Below are positions 55,501 through 64,000 of a stretch of 64,000 bases of DNA, in pieces. Position numbers and translations under genes: made by a program. The stretch is taken from NCBI GenBank assembly GCA_964637345.1, contig CAZWTD010000003.1, forward strand, positions 7,678 to 71,677, given 5' to 3'. The notes below the pieces were generated by a model that was not told where the DNA came from, did no database searches, and was given only the letters and a program-made list of their open reading frames with translations. Origin of the DNA: an uncultured Gammaproteobacteria bacterium (GTDB lineage: Bacteria > Patescibacteriota > Patescibacteriia > HK-STAS-PATE-3). Numbering within the stretch: the stretch's first letter is position 1; each line of letters starts with the position of its first letter.

Positions 55501-57333
55501 ATGGAGCGAATTTATGAAATTGCTCCAATCCGAGCGCTCCCGCGACATCGGGATCGTTTTGATTACCTTGGACCAGAAAAGCTCATCCCGGGCTTAGTGC
55601 TCGCTATCCCCTTTCGTGGCAGCCGCACCTTAGGAGTTGTTCTTGGAGAAAAGCAAAAAAGCGAGATTCAGCTCACAAGGTTAAGCAGTCTTGGGCCTAG
55701 TATCGTGCACGGACAATTAACCGAGAGACAGCTTTCACTCGCCAAATGGATGGCGCAGGAATACCATACGTCTCTGGGTCAGGTGCTCAAAAGCTTTTTG
55801 CTGACGACAAAAGAACTACCCTCCACTCTCCCGAACGAACGTGATCCATCGGGTCCCAAAAAATCAAAACTGAGCTTTACCGAGTATCTTTACGTCGATC
55901 AAAGAAACCAACTCCTCCTCGCCACCATCAACAAGGACCTTCAACAGAAGCGGCGGGTCATTTGCCTATTCCCGGAACGCAGCGTGCTTGAAAGCTTTTT
56001 CACAACTCTTCCGTCTCAGTTGAAGCGCTCTTCCGTTGTCATACACGGCTCACTTCCAGGCCCAACACATCGAGCGGCCCGTCAGGCGATTCGTTCCGGG
56101 AACGCACATCTACTGATCGGAACTACGTCGGCGCTCTTTGAGCCGCTCCCTAAGGGTCCCTGGGTTTTGTATGTCGACGATGAAAGCCATCCCAGCTACA
56201 AACAGACTGACCGGCAGCCGCATTACCATGTCCGTGATCTCGCGCTGCGTTTCTTCGCTCAGGGCGCTGATCTTCACTTCTACGGACAAACACCCTCGCT
56301 TGATCTTGTTTCGCTCCTCCGGGCAAATCAGGGGCTCTGGAGACGAATCACCGGTCGCATTCCCGCCATCGAGATTGTCAGCTTTGCCGGCTCGGAACAC
56401 GGGTCACTTCTCGGCTTCCAACTCGACCAAGCGCTTCGTGAGGCGCTCTCCCGAACACAGCGCGCCATTTTATACTATAACCGGCGCGGAGGCGAACGGA
56501 GTCTGCACTGCGCTGATTGCAGCTGGATACCTCGATGCCTAAACTGCGACACGCTTCTCCGCAGCGAACACGCCACCTTGCGCTGCCGCTTATGTGGACT
56601 TACTCAACCAATCCCACAGAGCTGCCCAAACTGCCACAGTGTACGAATCCAGTCGCTGGGCCACGGTGTTCGCCGTCTGGCTGAATCTGTCAAACGAGCT
56701 TTCCCATCGGCTCGAGTCGCTATTGTTGAACAAGGAAGCAAGCCTGATGATACCGCCGACATTCTCATCGGCACCTCGGTTCTTTTCCGCCACAACCTTA
56801 GGAAGGTCTCCCTTTCGGCGATGATTTCCTACGAATCGGAATTTCTTTCGGGCGAGTGGTGGTCAAAGGAACAAGCGAACGCGAACATCCGCCGACTCGC
56901 CGGTTTAACTGCGCCATCTGGCAAAATACTCGTGCAAACCCGTATACTAGACATACTGTCGTCGCGAATACTCACCGACGTGTACAATAGTACGCTACGC
57001 CCCGAACTCCTTGATCGTCAACGTTTCGGTTACCCGCCCTTTGTTGCGTTAGTAAAACTCACACAAAGCGGCGAACCAGCTCGTATGCATGCGGAGGCCA
57101 AAGATGTCATATCTCGCCTTACCGAAAAGAAAAAAACGGCCCCTTCGCTTCTTTCCATCTCTCCTCCGGTACGCAGCGGACATACCGCAAAAAGAGAAAC
57201 GATTTCCCTGCTTCTTAAATTCCACCAATCTGCATCCTCCGAAGACCGCGAGGCCGTCCTCAAGGATCTCCCCGCTGGGTGGATGGTCGATGTCCGGCCT
57301 ATCCGGCTTTCCGACGAACCAAACTTTTCCTAA
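55501..57333 (+). CDS. priA: primosomal protein N' (PriA) homolog with degenerate Walker A
   Basis: Start at internal ATG 55501. N-terminal 3' DNA-binding domain, helicase blocks LFPERSVLE / VIHGSL / LLIGTTSALFEPL / VLYVDDESHPSYKQ (DExH retained) / YGQTPSLD, Cys-rich region CADCSWIPRCLNCDTLL...CRLCG...CPNCHS. Expected P-loop GxxGSGKT replaced by LLLATINKDLQQKRR. Confidence 0.65.
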   Translation: MERIYEIAPIRALPRHRDRFDYLGPEKLIPGLVLAIPFRGSRTLGVVLGEKQKSEIQLTRLSSLGPSIVHGQLTERQLSLAKWMAQEYHTSLGQVLKSFLLTTKELPSTLPNERDPSGPKKSKLSFTEYLYVDQRNQLLLATINKDLQQKRRVICLFPERSVLESFFTTLPSQLKRSSVVIHGSLPGPTHRAARQAIRSGNAHLLIGTTSALFEPLPKGPWVLYVDDESHPSYKQTDRQPHYHVRDLALRFFAQGADLHFYGQTPSLDLVSLLRANQGLWRRITGRIPAIEIVSFAGSEHGSLLGFQLDQALREALSRTQRAILYYNRRGGERSLHCADCSWIPRCLNCDTLLRSEHATLRCRLCGLTQPIPQSCPNCHSVRIQSLGHGVRRLAESVKRAFPSARVAIVEQGSKPDDTADILIGTSVLFRHNLRKVSLSAMISYESEFLSGEWWSKEQANANIRRLAGLTAPSGKILVQTRILDILSSRILTDVYNSTLRPELLDRQRFGYPPFVALVKLTQSGEPARMHAEAKDVISRLTEKKKTAPSLLSISPPVRSGHTAKRETISLLLKFHQSASSEDREAVLKDLPAGWMVDVRPIRLSDEPNFS

Positions 57334-57359
57334 GACGCGCCTTCCCGTATACTTCAGGC

Positions 57360-57857
57360 ATGCCAAGCCGACCTGTCACGCAATATACCGTACCAAGCAT
57401 TCGCGCCGCCTCAGCTGAAGTTCCGCTTGAGGAGTTGCGTGCCGGAAAGCTTGGAAAGCTTCTTCGCGACATGCTCGAAACCATGCGGAAGGAAAATGGC
57501 GTTGGGATTGCTGCCCCGCAAATCGGCGTGAATCGCCGCGTGATTATCGTCGACTTGCCCGAGGGTCCGTTGTCCATTATTAACCCTGTACTCTCGAAAC
57601 ACTCTCTGAAGCGAGAAACGCTCGAGGAGGGCTGTCTTTCCGTAAAGGGGGTGTTCGGGCCAGTCCAGCGCCACTCCTCGGTTCACGTGACCGGTTATAC
57701 TGACACCGGAGAACACTTTGCTATGACCGCGAAAGGCTTTGCTGCTCGAATTTTCCAGCACGAAGTAGACCACCTGAACGGCACGCTTTTTATCGACCGC
57801 GCGCAACGGATCTCCCAGGGTGCCATTGACCTACCACGATGGAAACGCAGCGTGTAG
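57360..57857 (+). CDS. def: peptide deformylase
   Basis: Motifs GVGIAAPQIG, EGCLSV, QHEVDHLNG; start at internal ATG 57360. Confidence 0.9.
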   Translation: MPSRPVTQYTVPSIRAASAEVPLEELRAGKLGKLLRDMLETMRKENGVGIAAPQIGVNRRVIIVDLPEGPLSIINPVLSKHSLKRETLEEGCLSVKGVFGPVQRHSSVHVTGYTDTGEHFAMTAKGFAARIFQHEVDHLNGTLFIDRAQRISQGAIDLPRWKRSV

Positions 57858-58822
57858 TCTTTTTTGGATCTGGCAACTTTGGACAGTCGATACTCCAGGG
57901 CTTACTCACCATCCCGGGCCTTAGCGTTGTCGGGGTTGTTTCCGGTCCAGATCGAATCCAGGGCCGGGGCTTACAGCTATCAACAGATCCGGTCGCTGCG
58001 CTGGCTCAATCAACGAGCATTCCTATCTGGCAGACCGATCGGATTACCGATGCACTGCAAGGGTCACTTAGATCCCTAAGTCCCGACGCAGCAGTTCTCG
58101 CATCGTTCGGATTGATGATTCCATCTGAGCTTTTGCGCCTGCCCCGGCTCGGTTTTGTGAACGTTCACCCGTCCCTTCTTCCCGCCTACCGCGGAGCCTC
58201 GCCGATTGCCGGGGCCCTTCTTGACGGACAAAGCGAAACAGGCTCGACCCTCATTGTCATGACCCCAGGACTCGATGATGGACCGATTATCGCCCAGGAA
58301 TCCGTCTCAATACCTCATGGAATGCACCGGCCCGACCTAGAGCGCGTATTGATTGACGTTTCGGTAGGCCTGCTGCGGACCTCCTTGCTCCCCTATTTAG
58401 CAGGACGCATAACGCCGGTCCCCCAAGCTGATCCGAGGGGGCAACGACCTACGCGACGACTATCGAAAGAGCAGGGTCGGATTCACTGGACAAAAGATGC
58501 TGAGAGCATCGTACGCGAAATTCGCGCCTTCGACCCTTGGCCAGGCTCCTGGACAACCTGGAATGGAGAAATGCTCAAAATCCTCGACGCCCGGCCTACA
58601 CCTACACAGCCCGGAGCCCCTGGAACGGTTCTCACAACGCCAAATGACCCAATGAGTGTTGTTTGTGGGAGTGGGTCAATCGGCATTCTCCGACTTCAGC
58701 GAAGCGGCCGAAAACCACTCAATGCGAAAGATTTTCTCCACGGCTCTCCGGGGATACTTGGCTCGCAGCTTGGGACCGAATTTTCTTCGTCGTCCAAAAA
58801 CCAAGATATCGTCCGGTCATAA
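57839..58822 (+). CDS. fmt: methionyl-tRNA formyltransferase
   Basis: VVFFGSGNFG N-term, formyltransferase core (NVHPSLLPAYRGASPI), C-terminal tRNA-binding domain; def-fmt synteny. Confidence 0.9.
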   Translation: METQRVVFFGSGNFGQSILQGLLTIPGLSVVGVVSGPDRIQGRGLQLSTDPVAALAQSTSIPIWQTDRITDALQGSLRSLSPDAAVLASFGLMIPSELLRLPRLGFVNVHPSLLPAYRGASPIAGALLDGQSETGSTLIVMTPGLDDGPIIAQESVSIPHGMHRPDLERVLIDVSVGLLRTSLLPYLAGRITPVPQADPRGQRPTRRLSKEQGRIHWTKDAESIVREIRAFDPWPGSWTTWNGEMLKILDARPTPTQPGAPGTVLTTPNDPMSVVCGSGSIGILRLQRSGRKPLNAKDFLHGSPGILGSQLGTEFSSSSKNQDIVRS

Positions 58823-60347
58823 GACGAGTCTGAGCCTCAATAGCTGGGATGGATCCGAACGCGATCATCGTGATCGGAAATAAAAGCCACTGCAATACCA
58901 TAGTGAACATTTTCCCCAAGCCGGTTGACTTTGGGCGGGTTGGCAAGATGATAAGCCCCATGATCGCGCTTGCAAAAAGCCCGACCAGCGAAAGGGTCAT
59001 GAGCGTTTGCAGAATAGTTGGGGCAGACTGATAGAGGGCAGAAAGCTTTTCCTGCTCAGAAGCCATGGCCAGCGGAATATAGCCAAGGAGGTAAATGAGT
59101 ATTGGCGCAGTCGCCCACGAATACTCCCCTTCGAGCTGATTCCAGACATAACGAAATTTTGCGCTCCAAGGAATTTTTGGGTTGCGTCGGAAATTCCAAA
59201 CCATGTACGGAAAATTCTCCGCGCCGTAGGCCCAACGCCGAATTTGTTTGTACTGATGAACAATGGTTTCCCATACCGTCCGCCCTTGGACCGTATCCAT
59301 CGAAACCGGGAGATAAATCGGCGTTACCGTATAGTCGCCGTCGTAAGTTAAATAGCACTGGATAAAAATTCTCGAGTCCTCCGTTACAATATCGCTCTGC
59401 CAAAAACCGACGTCAACAAGTGCCTGAAAGCTCATGCTGTGCGACGAAAACGTAAACATGCGTTCCGTGCGGATGGTTTCCGATAAGAGCCAAAACGTGG
59501 TACTGTTTGCCACAACTCGCGTGAAGGGCGGCGCGTCCCAGACGTTATTCAAAAACAGCGGAATGGGCTGATAGCTTGAGCGTGTCGGCTTTGGGTTTGT
59601 TACATACGCATGACTTAAGCACGCGAAATATTGTGGGTGAACACAGGAGTCAATATCAAAACTCGAAACGATGACCGTGTCGTAGGGAATCCCTTGGGCA
59701 TCAATCCATTCCTTCGCCTTGCGTCCGGCCCAGGCGATGTTTGAGCCTTTGCCGGCCATTTCGCCCGGCAAATCAGCCGGATGCTCTGTAACCATCCAAT
59801 GACCAAAGCGTGATCCGAATTCTTGGCTCATTTGCTCCGCGAGGCGCCGCCCGGTTTCCCCGTCTCGCTCTTCAATTGCCAACACGACTATGAGGCGGTC
59901 GAGCGGAATCGTCACCTGCGATAAATATCGAAGCGTCGTTCGAACGACATCCGGATCATCGAGGTGGGTCGGGAGAACAACAAGGTGCCGAAGCGCCTGA
60001 AACCGCTCGACAAGCTCGGGTGTTTGACAGCGGGCCAACCAATCAACTCGTAAGGCCCTTCGAAAACGCGTAAAAGCAATAAGAACAAAGGTAAGCAAGT
60101 AGGTAATTCGCACTAACCAAAGAAAATCAAAAACGATAATAAAAAGAATGGCCCAAAGCGGCTTTACAACAGTGAGAAGTATAGCTAGGCCGAAGGTCGA
60201 CCAGATGAGGATACCCGGGATCCGCTCCAAGCGCCGGTAGGCGCGAATTTCTTGGTGTTGATACCCTGCTTGATTTTGCTCTGAACGTTTTCCGGAACGT
60301 CCAAAGAGGCCCCCGATCTGACGCCATGGTACGGTCGGCTTGGTCAT
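58719..60347 (-). CDS. membrane-embedded processive family-2 glycosyltransferase, cellulose/curdlan-synthase-like (no PilZ domain)
   Basis: 542 aa; 2 N-terminal and ~4 C-terminal TM; catalytic motifs in BcsA-like order: D (VLAIEERD), GKGSN (cf. KAGNLN), DxD (SFDIDSCV), TED (TEDSRIF), QxxRW (QIRRWAYG). Confidence 0.7.
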   Translation of the reverse strand: MTKPTVPWRQIGGLFGRSGKRSEQNQAGYQHQEIRAYRRLERIPGILIWSTFGLAILLTVVKPLWAILFIIVFDFLWLVRITYLLTFVLIAFTRFRRALRVDWLARCQTPELVERFQALRHLVVLPTHLDDPDVVRTTLRYLSQVTIPLDRLIVVLAIEERDGETGRRLAEQMSQEFGSRFGHWMVTEHPADLPGEMAGKGSNIAWAGRKAKEWIDAQGIPYDTVIVSSFDIDSCVHPQYFACLSHAYVTNPKPTRSSYQPIPLFLNNVWDAPPFTRVVANSTTFWLLSETIRTERMFTFSSHSMSFQALVDVGFWQSDIVTEDSRIFIQCYLTYDGDYTVTPIYLPVSMDTVQGRTVWETIVHQYKQIRRWAYGAENFPYMVWNFRRNPKIPWSAKFRYVWNQLEGEYSWATAPILIYLLGYIPLAMASEQEKLSALYQSAPTILQTLMTLSLVGLFASAIMGLIILPTRPKSTGLGKMFTMVLQWLLFPITMIAFGSIPAIEAQTRLMTGRYLGFWTTKKIRSQAASQVSPESRGENLSH

Positions 60348-60350
60348 ACG

Positions 60351-61340
60351 CTAGTTGGGAAATGGAGTGCTGACTAATCGAACCGAAGGCTTCGTTGGAA
60401 TCGCTCGGAGAATACCGGTTTTGGCGCCAATCGAACCGATGACTGATTCGGCGTTCAGTGTAGCAACTTTTAATGCATATCCCATCTCAGGCTTACGAAG
60501 ATACGCAGCGACAAAACCAGATCCGAAAGCGTCGCCAGCCCCGGTGGTATCAATAACGCGAACTGGCCGCGACACAGTACGATACCGTCGCTCATTATCG
60601 CACACGATCGCGCCTTTCGGGCCGTTCGTTATGACGACAATTCCGGGTAGCGAGAAGCATAAATCACGGAATCCGGCTTCTGACTTACTTGCCGGAAGGC
60701 CGGCGAGTTGCATTGCTTCAGTAGCATTCAACAACAGCACGTCAACATGCTGTAAAATTGGCGCAAGCTGCTTCCGGCCGTGAGCTAGCTCTGCGGCCCC
60801 GGGGTTAAAGGCGATCTTTGCGCCTCGCTTCTTTCCAACCTCAACCAAACGGCGTAGAACGCGAATATTTCCGGCTAAGGATGTAATGTAAAACCATCGG
60901 GCCTGAAGCCGCTCCCAGGGAATATGACGATCGGTAAGGTGGGCAGACGCCCCGCGATAGACGAGCACAACGCGTTCACCAGAGGGTGCGAGGAGAATAA
61001 CGGAGTAAGCCGTTCTCACACGAGCGTCGCGACTCACGAGTCTAGTGCTCACTCCTTCAGATTCGAGAAGACGAAGAATCTCTTTTCCGCGAACGTCGTA
61101 CTCGCCGATTCTTCCGACAAATGCTGTTGAGTACCCAAAACGGGCAAAAGTAACAGCACTGTTTGTCCCTCCGCCTCCGGTGTCAAAAAGAATTCCTGAG
61201 ATCTCAATTTTTGCGCCTAAGGGAAATGCGGGAAGAATATTTTGCTTCCGGTGTGTTTCATTTAGCCGAAAAGCTTCGCTCTCAAGAAAAACATCTCGTG
61301 TCGCATTTCCAAAGGTGATGACATCGTAGCGTGTTGCCAT
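60351..61340 (-). CDS. PfkB-family carbohydrate kinase (ribokinase-like)
   Basis: Start at ATG 61340; GG motif (DTGGGGTNSAV), C-terminal DTTGAGDAFGSGF anion-hole/catalytic Asp motif. Confidence 0.8.
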   Translation of the reverse strand: MATRYDVITFGNATRDVFLESEAFRLNETHRKQNILPAFPLGAKIEISGILFDTGGGGTNSAVTFARFGYSTAFVGRIGEYDVRGKEILRLLESEGVSTRLVSRDARVRTAYSVILLAPSGERVVLVYRGASAHLTDRHIPWERLQARWFYITSLAGNIRVLRRLVEVGKKRGAKIAFNPGAAELAHGRKQLAPILQHVDVLLLNATEAMQLAGLPASKSEAGFRDLCFSLPGIVVITNGPKGAIVCDNERRYRTVSRPVRVIDTTGAGDAFGSGFVAAYLRKPEMGYALKVATLNAESVIGSIGAKTGILRAIPTKPSVRLVSTPFPN

Positions 61341-61341
61341 A

Positions 61342-62217
61342 TTACGCCTTCCCAGCGCTTCCAAATATTCGAATCTTCGCCTCTACGACGCGTTCAACAG
61401 AGCGAATAGCCTTTGGGAAATACTCGTACGGCACAATCGCCTGGGGATCTCGTAGGGCCTGACGCAATCCTCCAGCCAAGGCCTGACGAAGCTCAGTATT
61501 CACATTCACCTTCGTAATTCCATTCTGTATCGCAGCGCGAATGAGTTGCGCGGGAATTCCCGAACCTCCGTGAAGGGAGAGAAAGGCGGACGTTTGTGCC
61601 CGAATGTCTGCAATGCGCTTGGGTTGTATTTGCTTTTTTCCTTTATAAAGACCGTGCGCTTCGCCGACCGAAACCGCCAAGGTATCAATCCCGGTGTCTG
61701 CAACAAAATGACGGGCAACAATCGGGTCGGTAAATGAGCTGGGGTCGAGTTCAAGCGTCTGACCATGGAGGGTAGAATTTCCAGCAATATGTTCGCGCTC
61801 CCCTTCAACAAGAATGCCGTGCGCGTGAGCCAACGGAACGACCTTTTTCAAATTTCTCGCATTGTGTGCCGGAGACAAAAGAGAACCGTCGTAGTGGACA
61901 ATATCAAACCCAGCCCGAATCGCCGACCGGACAATTGTTAAGTCGCGCGCGTGATCAAGATTTAAGAGTACTGTAGCCTGATAATGAGCCTCGAGACTTC
62001 GCACAATCGCCACTAGGGTTTCAACACCAAAATAGCTAGTTTCGCCCGGGGACGTTTCGAGAATAACCGGAGAGCGAAGTCGATGAGCGACGCCGACAAT
62101 AGCCTTCATTGTTTCAAAGCTTCCGGCGTTAAAAGCGCCGACGGCATACCGGCCCTTTCGAGCTTTTTCGAATACACTTCTCGCGCGGGACAAACGACGC
62201 ATTGAGACGTAGAACAT
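61342..62217 (-). CDS. class II ketose-bisphosphate aldolase (fructose/tagatose-bisphosphate aldolase family)
   Basis: MFYVSMRRLSRARSVFEKARKGRYAVGAFNAGSFE N-term, zinc ligand blocks LNLDHA, HGGSG, full TIM-barrel length (291 aa). Confidence 0.85.
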   Translation of the reverse strand: MFYVSMRRLSRARSVFEKARKGRYAVGAFNAGSFETMKAIVGVAHRLRSPVILETSPGETSYFGVETLVAIVRSLEAHYQATVLLNLDHARDLTIVRSAIRAGFDIVHYDGSLLSPAHNARNLKKVVPLAHAHGILVEGEREHIAGNSTLHGQTLELDPSSFTDPIVARHFVADTGIDTLAVSVGEAHGLYKGKKQIQPKRIADIRAQTSAFLSLHGGSGIPAQLIRAAIQNGITKVNVNTELRQALAGGLRQALRDPQAIVPYEYFPKAIRSVERVVEAKIRIFGSAGKA

Positions 62218-62252
62218 TAAAAAGGCACCTACAGTATACCACGCTGGCTAGC

Positions 62253-62585
62253 TCAGCCAAGCGCGTACGCGGCGCGTAAATCCGGGTCCATCATTTCCGA
62301 CTGCCAGGGCGGATCAAAGGAAAACCGAACCTGAATTGCCTGATGCGTAATAACGGGACGAAGGCTCTGCTCAACTCGCTCAACAAAATACTCGCTCAAC
62401 GGACAGCCGGGGTAGGTCAAGGTCATCGTTACGATAAACGTCCCGTCGGTCTCAGTAAGATTATATACAAGACCAAGGCTGACAATATCCGCTCCTAGCT
62501 CCGGATCCTCGACGGTACGAAGCGCATCAATAACCTGCCGAAATTCCGAACTACCGTACCCAGCTAATACTTTGTTCGAGGTCAT
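62253..62585 (-). CDS. DUF59/MIP18-family protein (SufT/PaaD-like Fe-S cluster assembly factor)
   Basis: Start at internal ATG 62585. ALRTVEDPELGADIVSLGLVY...TMTLTYPGCP matches DUF59 core with conserved Cys. Confidence 0.6.
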   Translation of the reverse strand: MTSNKVLAGYGSSEFRQVIDALRTVEDPELGADIVSLGLVYNLTETDGTFIVTMTLTYPGCPLSEYFVERVEQSLRPVITHQAIQVRFSFDPPWQSEMMDPDLRAAYALG

Positions 62586-63375
62586 GGAAAAACATCCAAG
62601 AATTATCAAGAATTCGGCAAGACCACTGCGTGAACTGGGTTGAACTGGGGAGAGCTGGGTACGGAGGGGTACAAACCAGGGGTCCGCCAGGCGTACGCAG
62701 CTCCGTCCCGTTGGCGGAAAAAACTTCAGTCCCGGCTGCGCCTGAGAGCGTATAGTAGCGTCCTGATGGGTTGACTTGCGAACGCAGTATATATACCTCA
62801 GTTTCACTCTCGAGCTTCGATCCAGCCTGGCGAACAAGCTGGTCAACAACCTGATCTCGAACCGGATAAATTGAGGACATCATAAAGGTCAAGCCGACCC
62901 AAGCAAGTAACGCTATCACGATATACAAGCACGAGACGAGTAGGGAGCGGGCAAAAAACACGGGCTGATCGTCTGGAAGCGGCTGGCTGCGAACCACGAG
63001 AATCCAGGCGAGGACAAAAAGTAAGGTTCCCCCAACCTGCGCCACCCAAGGCTGAAGCACGTGATACGGTAAGACAAAAAGAAGACCAAGTCCAAGTACG
63101 ATAGCCGTTGCGATAAAATGCGGACGGCCTACGATTCGGCCGTACCAACACAAACTCAAAAAGGCCATGAAGGCAAGTCCCGTCACAACCCAACCTAGGA
63201 CCTCTTGTTGGAGAAGGTTCCCAAGTGAGGCTGCCAGCCAACTAAGACCAGACAGGGTGACGAGAAAAAGTACTGTGTGTTTTTTCCGAAGTAAACCGAG
63301 AAGCCGCAGCTCATCTTCAGTCAGTTGACCTGGAGCATTTTTACCTGAAGGAATAATGCGGACAACGGCACTCAT
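62551..63375 (-). CDS. hypothetical integral membrane protein (6-7 TM)
   Basis: 274-aa ORF with multiple hydrophobic helices, no recognisable motifs; operonic with DUF59/aldolase/kinase/GT2 genes. Confidence 0.4.
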   Translation of the reverse strand: MSAVVRIIPSGKNAPGQLTEDELRLLGLLRKKHTVLFLVTLSGLSWLAASLGNLLQQEVLGWVVTGLAFMAFLSLCWYGRIVGRPHFIATAIVLGLGLLFVLPYHVLQPWVAQVGGTLLFVLAWILVVRSQPLPDDQPVFFARSLLVSCLYIVIALLAWVGLTFMMSSIYPVRDQVVDQLVRQAGSKLESETEVYILRSQVNPSGRYYTLSGAAGTEVFSANGTELRTPGGPLVCTPPYPALPSSTQFTQWSCRILDNSWMFFHDLEQSISWVR

Positions 63376-63926
63376 TACTTGGCCTTCATAATGACTACGG
63401 GGTATGAAGCAAGCGACTCGCCGTTTAGCGCGAGTTGAAGCAGATACTGACCAGTTTCTTGCGGGTGCGACAATCGAATAAGGCCATCACGTAAAGGAAC
63501 CTTAGCTTCTTGGCTCACTTGTCGCCCCTGGTCATCAGCCCACATGACTGACAGCACAAGGCCTCCTTCTCCGCCGTGAAGGTTTACCCGAAGACCGAGT
63601 TCATCATTCGCGTCAATCGTCTCAGCGACCTGCCACTCCCCTTTTTGATTTCGACGTTGCAGTTGAAGGTAGGCAATCTGCGAGGCTTGCGTCGGCGCTA
63701 GCGAATTGAACTCGCTCTCTGCCGCTGGCTCCGGTCCATAGGTGGTGTCCGACATGGGAGGAAGCGTAGCGGCCTGATCCTCAACGCCAAGAATGGCCGG
63801 TCGACGTATCTCGACAAGATTCGGCGTGAATGGCGCAATATTGGCTTCACTAACAACAACCGCGGCCCCGAGACTAAAGGCGCCGAGAAATACAGGTATG
63901 GTGAGACGTGGTGCGAGATGCCGCAT
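63375..63926 (-). CDS. hypothetical secreted protein
   Basis: ORF 63375..63962; probable start ATG 63926 giving signal peptide MRHLAPRLTIPVFLGAFSLGAAVVVSEA; no family assignment. Confidence 0.35.
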   Translation of the reverse strand: MRHLAPRLTIPVFLGAFSLGAAVVVSEANIAPFTPNLVEIRRPAILGVEDQAATLPPMSDTTYGPEPAAESEFNSLAPTQASQIAYLQLQRRNQKGEWQVAETIDANDELGLRVNLHGGEGGLVLSVMWADDQGRQVSQEAKVPLRDGLIRLSHPQETGQYLLQLALNGESLASYPVVIMKAK

Positions 63927-64000
63927 GCCTGGTAGTGTACCAAGAACGGCTTTACCGGACAACGAGCCTAGGACAAGCGGCGGCGGCGCAGAACAAAGTA

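Noticed and set aside
1-64000. CRISPR arrays, IS elements, integrases, restriction-modification or other defence genes
   Set aside because: No direct-repeat arrays, transposase or recombinase motifs, or nuclease/methylase motifs were seen on either strand. The window appears to be core chromosome.

Overview
This 64-kb window is a very gene-dense stretch of bacterial chromosome using the standard genetic code. TGA acts as a stop at the ends of mraY, murD and pilC; GC content is roughly mid-50s by eye. I call about 63 protein-coding genes, no rRNA or tRNA genes, no CRISPR array and no mobile elements. Genes are packed with frequent ATGA or TAATG start/stop overlaps. They lie in long same-strand blocks: minus strand 1-7246, plus 7224-47867, minus 47983-53245, plus 53268-58822, minus 58719-63962.

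Content, in order:
- **Type IV pilus module (minus strand, 1-7246).** Two pilin-like genes, one of them 727 aa, followed by pilC and pilB, with a GT-C-fold membrane glycosyltransferase upstream.
- **Cell-wall core (7224-14572).** A dcw-type block: small membrane ORF, mraY, murD, ftsW, murG, murC, murB.
- **Translation and secretion genes.** hpf and secA, then the alpha-operon block infA, rpmJ (missed by the ORF track, under 60 aa), rpsM, rpsK, rpsD, a short rpoA, rplQ, rplM, rpsI.
- **Glycan locus (21.7-33.6 kb).** A Wzx-type flippase, GT4, two GT2, an O-antigen-ligase-like (Wzy_C) protein, two more GT2, a large DUF4012-like membrane protein, an orphan mreB and a GT4.
- **Housekeeping and cell-shape block (33.6-47.9 kb).** holB, a secreted Asp-box (BNR) beta-propeller protein, frr, rseP, proS, a second mreB with mreC, mreD and PBP2, greA, serS, alr, ddl and an ftsQ-like gene.
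- **Minus-strand block (47.9-53.2 kb).** M23 peptidase, gltX, an amino-acid permease, a WecB/TagA GT26, thpR/ligT.
- **Plus-strand block (53.3-58.8 kb).** A secreted protein with four tandem ~58-aa repeats, a LigB-type dioxygenase-like protein, a PriA homolog with a degenerate Walker A, def and fmt.
- **Final minus-strand block (58.7-64.0 kb).** A cellulose-synthase-like GT2, a PfkB sugar kinase, a class II aldolase, a DUF59 protein, and membrane and secreted hypotheticals.

Several intergenic regions carry near-consensus sigma-70 promoters with an extended -10 of the form TGGTATAnT, sometimes only 6-8 nt before the start codon. N-terminal extensions on ribosomal proteins, an rpoA without a recognisable alpha-CTD, the degenerate PriA, two MreB genes and type IV pilus genes in a compact context suggest a streamlined lineage, possibly Patescibacteria/CPR-like. 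That is inference only. All calls rest on reading the translated ORFs for family-defining motifs; no database search was possible.
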